Positions 1 to 9,879 of a stretch of 64,000 nucleotides of DNA are shown here, piece by piece. Origin of the DNA: Nageia nagi (Eukaryota; Plantae; Pinophyta); NCBI GenBank assembly GCA_050084985.1, contig JBITNC010000001.1, positions 137,392,001 to 137,456,000 of the forward strand, given 5' to 3'. Position 1 is the stretch's first letter; every line of letters starts with the position of its first letter. Under the pieces are notes generated by a model. The model saw nothing but the letters and a program-made list of their open reading frames with translations, ran no database searches and had not been told where the DNA came from. Both the position numbers and the translations under genes were made by a program.

Positions 1-502
1 CTTTTGATCTCCTCATATTTTACATAGATCACATTGGGGCAATTGTCCTCCATCATTAAAAAAAAAAATCATCAAAACATGATTTAGAAATCACACAAAC
101 ATCAAAATATGATAAAAACTAAAATGATCTTATCCAATTTTGAAATAGGTTATAATATGTTTATTGCATTTCCATGTCTTCCTCTTTTTCCACCTCATAT
201 TCATCCCCCATTATGTTGGAATATTTGAGTATTAGATTATATTCTAACAATTCATCAAGGCATATATACTATACATCATCCATGATCACTTCATACCATT
301 ATACAAACATGTTTAATATTTATTGTAAAAGAAATAGTTTATGAAATTAATATTCTTATTGACTTTACCAACCTTCATCATGAAATTTTTTGAAACTTTG
401 GATGATAAACAAACATGATTATGATACACTTAAGGTTATTACAGACTCATACACATCTTCACATTTAAATAATCTTAAAACAGTCAAGAATGAGGTGTTA
501 CA
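1..502. mobile_element. Possible LTR terminus of a separate retrotransposon (partial)
   Basis: Ends in GAGGTGTTACA (492-502), a typical Gypsy LTR terminus. No partner LTR, PBS or TSD is visible. Confidence 0.3.
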
Positions 503-1309
503 AGAGCATGATTTCAAGCGAAAGTATTACATGTTCATCCTATTATTCGCTTCATCTCGAACCTAAGAATCATTTGATAGTTTTATTAAAAAAAAAAAGG
601 AGAGAGGTGAAAATAGATGATAAAAAAAAAAGAATTATTACATTATATCAATGATTCTTGGGTGATTACAATATCCTCTACCGGGGCTATGGATGCCTGA
701 CTGGCAGTAGAGCAAGGTTGTAGCGGGATCGAGGGGTTAATCCTCATTGAGGCTATGGACGCCTGTCTGGCAATGGGGCATACCTTACGAGTGGAAATAT
801 GTCCATATTGGTTAGTGACCTTCTTTCCTATGGACCTCTGTATGTTTCATATGGATGAACTAGCTTATATATTTTATGCTCTTGTGACATTTAGTTTGAG
901 ATTGTCTAGAGATGGAAATGAACATCATTGCACACACATGAGTCTATGATAATTTTGAGAACATCATGACTTTGTTTTATATCATCTAAAGAAGAAAAAA
1001 TCTAATGGTGATTGGTTAATATGGTCAACTTGAATATTATGATCATTACATTTCTTCATCCTCCCATGCCTCCATTCCATACTATTTATTATTACATAGT
1101 AATTAATATTACACTTATATTTATCAATGCCTTGATGAGTTGATTAGTTTATCTTTCTAAATACTCAATACATCCTATGTCCATTCATTTGTTATACTAT
1201 TTTCATGTTAACATCCACCATCCCCCCATACACGTTATACTTTCATATTTTATTATCCAACATCCATATATTTCCTAAATCCATCTTTATCGATTGTCAA
1301 ATTGGAGGT

Positions 1310-1660
1310 GCTTCCATATTATTTGAGAAAAAGAGCGAGTAATTGCTCTCCCCATTAATATGGGAGTCAACATTGTTGTTGTTAAAACCTTTTTGCTTCT
1401 ATTCTTATCTACAAGTTTAAGCAAGAAACTACCCTTACTAGATTGATAAAAGTCAACCCTAGAACATTGTTAAATTTTATAGCTTCCATTATTCTTTGGG
1501 ATCGAGAATAAGGAATTATTCTCCCCATTGAATTGGAAGTCAATGTTCTTTTCCTATCATATCCCATCCATTTCAACCCCTTAGAACATCGTTAAAAAGC
1601 TTCCATCATTCCTTGGGATCAAGAGTAAGAAATTGCTCTTCCCTTTGAATTGGAAGTCGA
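1310..1660 (+). repeat. Three diverged copies of an about 60-nt hairpin motif with GNRA loops
   Basis: GCTTCCA...TGG(A/G)AGT units at about 1310, 1482 and 1599, each with an inner 8-bp stem and a GTAA, GGAA or GAAA loop. Confidence 0.8.
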
Positions 1661-3562
1661 TGTTCTTCTCCCCTTTCCATTCATTATCATCTACCCATAA
1701 ATTGAATGTGTGTTACATCTTGTTCCATATCATTTGCACATGTTATCATAAAATAAAAGGTATTAGTAGCCAAGTTTGGTAAATGATACAATCTAATACT
1801 GCAATTTTTCAAATCATTATCCTTAAATTTGAAGATATTTAATAATATCCAAATCAACATCGATGATTGAAATAACAATAAAACTAATAACAATAATCGA
1901 AGTACTTATTCGAACTTAAAGATACACCATCAATGTGTAGCACATCAAAGTACATTCATGATTAAAGTTTAAAATCATGCTTTTAAATTTGTCAAGAATG
2001 AATAACAAAATACATAATATATATCATCTACCAGTATGTTGATCTTTGTAGCAAACTTGATTTTGTATCACCATCTCGATAAACGAAGTAGAATTCATTT
2101 GTCTTGTTTTCAAGTCTTGTTCAACAAAAAACCTCAATCATGGAAAAACATGTTTCTAATGATTTTTGCAAGAAATGACAATGAAACCCATTATGCTGGG
2201 GCAAATAGCAGAATTATCAAACATTAAAATGTTATCTACTTTGAAAAGACTCCACATCACATACATGCTAATGGCATAGAGCCTATGGAATAAAGTGTTC
2301 CATGAAATAGCATATGTAGGCAAGCATGAATACCTAGTAAAGTGTAGAACCTATTTTCAAAATACTTTGATTACAAAAATTCAAAAAGTTTATGTTTGAT
2401 CATAATTTGGGGCAACTATGATTGTCCATGACCCAAAGCAAATCATTTGCCTCTACCATCAACCAACAAAATCAAGATTTAAAATATTCGTACATAAGTT
2501 GATAAACTCAAGTGTATGAGTCTTGACTTAACCACTTACTAACCTCAGGTATATTATCATTTACTTATGAATCTAGTGGTATTTGTATAAGTCTACAATG
2601 ATAACATATTAGTTTGTTTGTATCTTCTTAAGATACATGACTATGTTTGGTCACCACATCATGCCAAAAAAAAAAAAAAAAAGATAACCAAATAAACATG
2701 CAAACTCGATCATAAATAATTTCATCATGAATCCTTGATAGGAAAAACACCATTTATTTTTTATGATCTTACAATGAATCATGAACTTCCTAGTTCAAAT
2801 CATATGTCATGTTATGCATGTTTAGTCATCACTTATTGTTATATGTATTCAGGAAATCCTAGTCATCAAAAAGCATGATTCTAATGATTTTTGCAAAACC
2901 TACCTTTCTAGAGTAAAATATAATAATCAAAATTCAAATCAGTGCACACAAAGGGGACTTCATGTCATATGCTTGACTTGGCTCCATATATTCCTTAGGA
3001 TAAACACAAGACACCCATGTAATGATATATGGAAACAAGCCTTTAGTACCTATTTGGTGTACAACCAATGTGTGTTCAAAATACTTCAATTGCAAAGCTC
3101 AAGAAATCATATTTGGATAATTGGGGTAAATACAATTTCCCATGGCCTAAAATCAAACCTTATGTTCACCCATAAATGATTGAAACAATAAGGTTAGAAT
3201 CATTTGTACATTCATCTTACTTGTTCACTAGCTAATATATATTAGTTTTTTGAACAGTCTATCATCATCGTCATTGACATCATTAGTCAGTTCAAAAGGG
3301 GTCATAATGCTAAGATCAGCACCACAATCAAAGTAAGCCCGCGATCACATAGTAAGACCATGGCTACATATCTCTTAAAATGTACTCAAAACATTGTTAA
3401 TTAGAAAATCAAAAGCTATATGTCTACTCACAGTTAAGGTAATTAGGATTGCCTATAACCTAAAATAAGATATTTATGCTCAATATGATTCTAAAATACT
3501 TATGCAAAAGATCATCATGAAATCCATTCTGCTGGGTCAAAAGCAGAGAAAAATAAAAGATG

Positions 3563-3840
3563 ACTTGTATATACAAAATAAGCTTCTTATCACATACTCG
3601 CTTTGGCATGCGGAGACAAACTAGAGTCTTGTCACGCAACTACCATAAACAGCACACAGTATGGAGATAAACACAAGTGAAGTTTTGATATATAACATCA
3701 CTACCTCAAAATTGTATACATCAAATAAGCTTACCATCATGTACTCGCTTTGGTATGCAAAGACAAACTAGAGTCTTGTCATGCAACTACCATAAACAGC
3801 ACACAGTATGGAGATTGACACAAGCGTAGTTTTGATGTAT
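3563..3840 (+). repeat. Tandem duplication, unit about 145 bp
   Basis: ACTCGCTTTGG...AGACAAACTAGAGTCTTGTCA...CCATAAACAGCACACAGTATGGAGAT occurs twice (about 3596 and 3743). Confidence 0.9.
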
Positions 3841-4482
3841 TACAATATCATTTTCAAAATGTATCAATTGTAAAAGTTAAAAAATCATATTCAGCCATGG
3901 CAAGGGCTATCCTCATGACAACACCGGATGATGAAATATGTATAAATAACAAGTTTTGATTTAGAGAAGTTATAATTATATCCTACCAAAAGATCTTAAG
4001 CTTTATATGAAAAAGATTTTGATGATATTTCTTAAAAATATCATTAACATTTACAAATATCAAAGGAGATAAAATGTGATGTATCATTGTTACAGGAGAT
4101 CATCTTGAAACCCTGTTGTTGGGACAAAGGACAACACCATCAAACTCATATACTAAAGAGGACTTATATGGTACATGTGTGCTTAGACATGCAAAATGAC
4201 ATAATAGAAATGTCATGCAATTGTCACATAAGCTCAACACATTATCATACCGAAAACAGTCACTTCTGAAGTATATTCAAATTTATTTTCAAAACTACAT
4301 CAAATGTAAAATGAAAACACATTTTATCATAATTTGATCAAAATTTTGATTCATTTAAGAAATTGAGTCAAAACTTATATCATAAAAAAGCGACAATAAA
4401 TAATCAAGTGATAAAGCTTCTCATTCTATATTTTTGAAATTATCAACCGCATTTTCGGTTGATAATTCAAAAAGGGGCAAAA

Positions 4483-5394
4483 TGTAGACACCTAAAAATA
4501 TCCCCTTGTTAAATAGTAAACATTGAACTAATCATAACTCTTTATACAAGCCTCAAACAAGCTTGAAAACTCCATTATTGGATAGCTCTCATTGAGTACA
4601 TGCAAAATGAGTGGTCACATGACCCCTTTTCGATAAAAACTAACTATTTGGCGATCATTTAACATTGTTATAAAAATTGAAAACCAGTCGTCGGTGACCC
4701 AAAACAAACGCTGGTATTTTGAGCCAGTCGTCGACGTCCATCTTCCAGTCGCCAATGACTCTATAACAGCCGAATAGAAGCCAAAATAGTGAGAGAAAGT
4801 TGAAACATTTCAGCTTTCCAAGATGATGTGGATAGAAGGGGTCAGTTAGGACCTACGGTGCCTGTTCACTTCCTCTTACTAGCCTTGAAACATCTCATCC
4901 AAAATCTATAAATACAAGCTAATACAAAGCAAATTAAAGAGGATCTTGGCCCAATTTTGAAGTAGGGTAATGCTGCCAAAATCTTGTGAGCTCATACCTT
5001 TTATTGTTTTATGCTTGTTTCAATTTAATACATGTCATACATAGATGCTTTGATGTTATTGTCTTTTGCATGTGTGTAGGATTTACAGGTTGTTCATATC
5101 AAGGAGAGAAGTAAGCAAATAAAAAACAATGGAGATCTAATACTCTTATTTTGGCAAATGGCATTTGTAAAAGTCCCTTCCAAGGGCAAATTGTAGTTTG
5201 AGCTGAAAATCAATATCATTTTACAATTACAATATGTTTATCTATTTTGCATAATTTGAGGTTCAGTGAAGATTTAAGAATAATTTGTATTTCATGTTAT
5301 TCTATATTCTAGCTTTATTTTCATTGCAACACTAAGAAAAGAGTTCATATCATTTTTTATGAAAGTAGGAAGGTGTTCTAACAAGGAGTTCACA
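4483..5394 (+). repeat. 3' LTR (about 910 bp)
   Basis: Begins TGTAGAC after the PPT, has TATAAATA near 4907, and ends ...GTTCACA where LINE sequence begins. Confidence 0.55.
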
Positions 5395-8270
5395 ACTATA
5401 TCATCACCATAATCTTCAACTCCAATCAAGCTTTGAAAAAGAAAATAAACTTAGATCTTATTTGAAAAATAAACTCAATGGTTATCTAATTATTTGTAAC
5501 TAATTATTTAATTTATTTATAACTTCTATATTTAAGCATCATCATATGAAAGAATTTGGTATTCCAGTCCCCAACCTTAAGCCATAATGCCTTAGACTTC
5601 TATCTCTAGAAAGATCCCTCATAAGCCAAAATGATATTATGAAAGAATAGTTTTTTTTTTTAATAGTTTTTGTTCCTCATTGAACAAGCCTCTACCCCTT
5701 TGATTTTTAATGGCTTCCAAATGTAATTTTAGTTCTCTTTTGTTTTAGCAAAGATGTCTTCAAAAGTCATCTTGTTTCGTCTTTTTAGGTTCTCTTTCAT
5801 AAATCACAATTTATTAGCAAGATGAAATATTTTGTAGCCATTGAAAGCTTCATACTACCATCCAAAGAGACACTCCTCAAGAGTACCATATCTTAACCAC
5901 ATCAACTCAAATTTAAAAGTAATTTTAAAGATTTTTTTGTAATGCTCCACTTATAGGAGAATAAGGCTATGATATGAACCAATCTTTGGGAGAGTTGTAA
6001 GGACGACATCCCCAAAAAAGCAAAAACTAAAAAATTTAAAATCTTATTAAGAGACTAAAACCTTATCAATTCTTCTTTGAATAAGAGCAAGATCTAATCT
6101 TCTATTGTTTTATGTGTACTAGTGACCCCTCAAATCAATATATATTAATTCATTAAAATGAACAAAATTGAAAAAAGCTTTCATACCATCAAACAAATTT
6201 TAGTTACCATCAAGATTGTTTAAAGAATAAAGGATATCATTGAAATCCCTTGCTACCATCCATATCTCCCCTTTGAATTGATTTTACATCAAATTGAGAG
6301 TATTCCATAAATTTACCTTGGCCACTAGGGATATAGGACCATAAATATTTGAGCAAATCGTCAAATTTTTGAATCCCTAAATGAGAACATATTAATCATA
6401 TTATCAAAATGGGTAGAATTTTACATTCTATTTTATCTAGATCCCAAAGAAACATTAATCATCCATATCTACTAGCCATATGAGCTCCTCTCCAAATCAC
6501 ACTATGCATTTCCTCAAAATTTATTTTCATTAATTTATTTTCTTTTAATAAGAAAATTGAGGGTTTGTGCTCTAACCTAAGATCAATCAAACCACATTAT
6601 TTATGGTAACCATTATTGGCCCAACAATTCCAACAAATAATCTCTATCTTCGTAGATTATAGGAAAATGATTACTTTTTAGGGATCAAAGAGAGAATAAG
6701 CCTTCTTCCCCCCTCTACCTTTTAGCTTTTATTTTTCATGGGTGAATCTAGATTAGTATATGATTTATTAATGATATGAAATTGAGCTATTCTCTTTCTA
6801 ACTTCTTTATTTGGAACCTTGCCAACTTTCTTTTCTACCCAAAATCTAGGATAGCCCTTTATCGGGACTTCATTTGGGGCTCTAGAATTTGGTCCTTAGG
6901 GATACCTTTCCCACCATGATTTTAGAGGGGAGTTATGACAATTCCTCCCTTTTAGGGGAGATCCAGTTTCTAAAGGAACTAGGAGTCTTTTCCTTTTCCT
7001 CTTCTAATACATCTTCCAATGTCTTCACTGTAGCATCGGGAGAAGGATAGAATTTGTCAAATCTTGACATATAAACCCTTTCTCCTAGTTCTCAATAGTG
7101 CCTTTTTCCTCATAATCCAAACTAAGCTCTTAAAGTTCATCATTAGGTCTAATTATATCCAAAGATTCCATATCTAGGAATAAGGTTCCATCTATCATTT
7201 AAGTGACTCCAATATTCTTCTTCCAATTGATCTAGCACCTAAAAAGAGTTAGTCAAAACCACATTCTCTTCTTTCACTATTATGGATTCAACATTAATGC
7301 TCTCTTTAATATCGTTTACATCATAACCAAGCCTTTCCAAGTTTTATCCTTACTCAATAGGTAAAACCTACTCCACAACTTTCCCTTTACTTTTTGCATC
7401 ATTTAAAACATGACGACAATATTATTTTTGGGGCTTCCTCAAATTAGGGGCTCATCTTGGTTAAGGGACATTATCCTTTCTATTCTTTGGGTAACATAAG
7501 ATTAAGTGAATAAAAATCCCACAACTCACATAAGGAATTGGCTTGTTCTCATATTCAATCCTTTGATTTCAAATACCTAATTCAGAAACTAATTCAATGG
7601 AATGAAGGAGGGAAGCCTGCAAATCCACTTCAACACAAACCCTTGTAAAGACTATTCTAGATCTTATTAAAGTCACATTATCCACCATAATGAGAGTTCC
7701 AACATAGTAACAAATCCCCATTATAACATCTTCATGCCATAGGTGGATAAGAAGACTCAAAAGTCTAACGCAAATAGGGTCAATATTGATACTTTGTGAA
7801 TGGGGGTCAAAATCCTTACTCCACCTTTTGACAAAAAGTCAGCACCAACCAAAGAACAAGGTCCATTAGCCAAAATATTCTTCATATCATATTCTATCTC
7901 CAATTGAATTAGAAATAAACCTCTTGAACGAGCAACCATCTTCATACTTCCTTGGAGTCTCCACTTGACCATCATGCATCTAAGCAGTGCATCTAAGTTC
8001 GGACGCGAGCCTTGTAATCTTCCCACTAAGTCCCATAATCCTTCTAGTAAGGTTAACTTAGTATTTCCTTAGGGAATACTAACCTTCCTTCCACATGATA
8101 TAAAGGTTAAATAAGTGAGAAGAAGCCCTTCTTAATCCTCTTAATTTTGGAACATCAACCCAAGCTTTCCCCCCAAGGTCAAAAGGATGACTTAACTTTG
8201 GGTCTTTATGATCTTTATTAGTATGGAAATCTAGGATTCTCCTCCTCTATGAAAAGCCCTAAGTCAACCA
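5395..8270 (-). mobile_element. L1-clade LINE fragment, degenerate (ORF1 and endonuclease part of ORF2)
   Basis: ORF1-like peptides (7757-8026 'GLFLIQLE...ILANGPC'; 7569-7760 'FTRVCVEVDL') are typical of plant L1 DUF4283/zinc-knuckle ORF1. Endonuclease-like remnants lie at about 5900-6670. Truncated at the LTR junction. Confidence 0.75.
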
Positions 8271-8527
8271 CTCCCAATCACCATTTTTTCCCTATATATT
8301 GTATATTACGATGAAGAGTGTTATGGTGATGAAGAGTTATATGATGATGAAGAACTTTAATGTTTGGTGTGTTTGTCTTATATATTTAAGAATTAATAAT
8401 TGAGATTAATCAAATAATTTGATCATGTAAAATTTAAATATTATATTGTATTAAATTATGATTTTTTTAAAAAAAATTGATTTTTTTTATTTAATTTGTT
8501 TTGTTATATTTTTATTATATTTTTTAT

Positions 8528-8932
8528 TTAAATTGATTCACAAGGTGGATGGTTGTGCATCAAAACTTGTTGCAACCTCCTCTCCACCTCTTTCTTATCC
8601 TTCACTTTCCCATCATCGCTATCATCATAAAACAAATTCCAATATACTTCAACTGTCACAGAAATGAAGCCATTATTCGTGTAATTAGGATAGTCACGTA
8701 TTACTCCAATGTCATTCTCTGCAATAAGAATGTCTTGTGCTTGTTGCTGGATAGCGTTGATCTTATTGATCTTTCCTGTAGCGTTTTGAAAGGGGTCCTT
8801 GAAGGAACTATATGCGTCTGCCAAGCTTAAGTTTGGAAGTCCAATTTTATCTAAGCAACCTATGACATTCAAGAATTGGTGTTTATACCAATCTCTTTTT
8901 CTATCAACTTTGTTCTGGATCTCCGTTGCCAT
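8528..8932 (-). CDS. Intronless 134-aa protein of unknown function (candidate host gene)
   Basis: Uninterrupted ORF among decayed TEs, with ATG in good context (aatcatcATGGC) and TATATAG about 70 nt upstream. AATAAA-rich tract follows the stop, and CpGs are locally retained. Confidence 0.7.
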   Translation of the reverse strand: MATEIQNKVDRKRDWYKHQFLNVIGCLDKIGLPNLSLADAYSSFKDPFQNATGKINKINAIQQQAQDILIAENDIGVIRDYPNYTNNGFISVTVEVYWNLFYDDSDDGKVKDKKEVERRLQQVLMHNHPPCESI

Positions 8933-8994
8933 GATGATTGAATTGCAGATATAAGTGTGGAAACTTGTGGGTAGATGATTATGGAAGAAGGCAA

Positions 8995-9065
8995 TATGAT
9001 CTATATAGTAAATATGAACGTCACCCGGTTGGAAGGGTCACTACCTTTGCTCCCTTACGTCGTTA
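8995..9065 (-). promoter_or_regulatory. Putative core promoter of the 134-aa ORF (TATA box, TGACG and ACGT motifs)
   Basis: On the minus strand: TATATAG (9001-9007), TGACGT (9018-9023), TGACC (about 9036-9040) and a second ACGT core at about 9057-9060. Confidence 0.45.
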
Positions 9066-9710
9066 CATTATGGTTAGTATCGTTGTGTAAAGATGTAAAT
9101 ATGCAATTTCATTTTTTTAATTTTGTTAGGAGGTGAAAACATCTCCTTTCTTTTGTAGTTTACAATAATTTGTGTTCACATAAAGTTGGGAAGATTTGAA
9201 CTTAGTTTTGAAGCATTGTATATATATAAATGTAATATGATATATTAATTGTGATATACAAAGGTAAATTATATTAACATTTATTTGAGATCAATTGATC
9301 TATGGGACAAACAATTGTAGTAGGTCATTAAATAGTATATATGTCTTGTATTGAGAATGGAACATATGATATAAATCGCATCAAGGTCAACACATAACCA
9401 ACTCAACCAACAAGCGAGACATACAATAGAATTTTTTATTTATTTATTCAATAATATTTTATTCTCACTATTAATGTATTATTCGAATTTCAATTAAATA
9501 TATTCAATAGTTATATAACATAATAATTTTTTTTAATAATATAAATTGTAGAAAATTTAAATAGTTATATTTTTATTTTTATCTATTAAGGTTTCTTTAC
9601 TTTTTATGTAGTTTACTAATTATTATGTGAAAATTTTCTATTGATCCATCTATTAAATTTTTCAAATCATACATAGTTTTGAATTAGCAAAATTATTCAT
9701 TCATACATAC

Positions 9711-9850
9711 TTGGGTATTACTTATCTCTACTTAAAGAAGAAGGTTACACTTTATTTTCTTCATCAAGTAATTCTGAAGATGGATCCCACAAATTGGACT
9801 CAAAACATCAATAATTCAAATTCATATGCAAGTCAACCTCAAACCACTAA
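9711..9850 (+). repeat. 5' pseudo-LTR of the Penelope-like element
   Basis: Direct repeat of 12473-12612 (TTGGGTATTACTTATCTC...CCTCAAACCACTAA), without TG..CA ends. Confidence 0.9.
9768..9817 (+). ncRNA. Degenerate minimal hammerhead ribozyme, copy 1
   Basis: CTGAAGA core (9774-9780), helix II GGATCC/GGACTC, then CAAAACATCA, read as CpG-decayed CGAAACGTCG. Confidence 0.65.
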
Positions 9851-9879
9851 ACAGAATGATAATACTTGCCTAAGCTTGA

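Larger units (their letters stand above)
503..5394 (+). mobile_element. 3' portion of an Ogre/Tat-like LTR retrotransposon: long non-coding internal region, PPT and 3' LTR
   Basis: Purine tract AAAAAGGGGCAAAA (about 4469-4482) directly precedes TGTAGACACC (4483). No coding ORF upstream, but multiple internal repeats. The 5' boundary is uncertain. Confidence 0.65.

Noticed and set aside
4167-4249. Long hairpin as a pre-miRNA
   Set aside because: Too many bulges for a plant miRNA duplex and no small-RNA evidence. Kept only as part of the structured region.
8311-8356. Three 18-bp ATGAAGAG repeats
   Set aside because: Short low-complexity duplication with no supportable function.
8528-8932. Resemblance of the 134-aa protein to the EDS1/PAD4 EP domain (DWYK...YSSFK...AENDI)
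   Set aside because: Motif spacing does not fit and the diagnostic EPLDIA and GRP motifs are absent. Needs a profile search.
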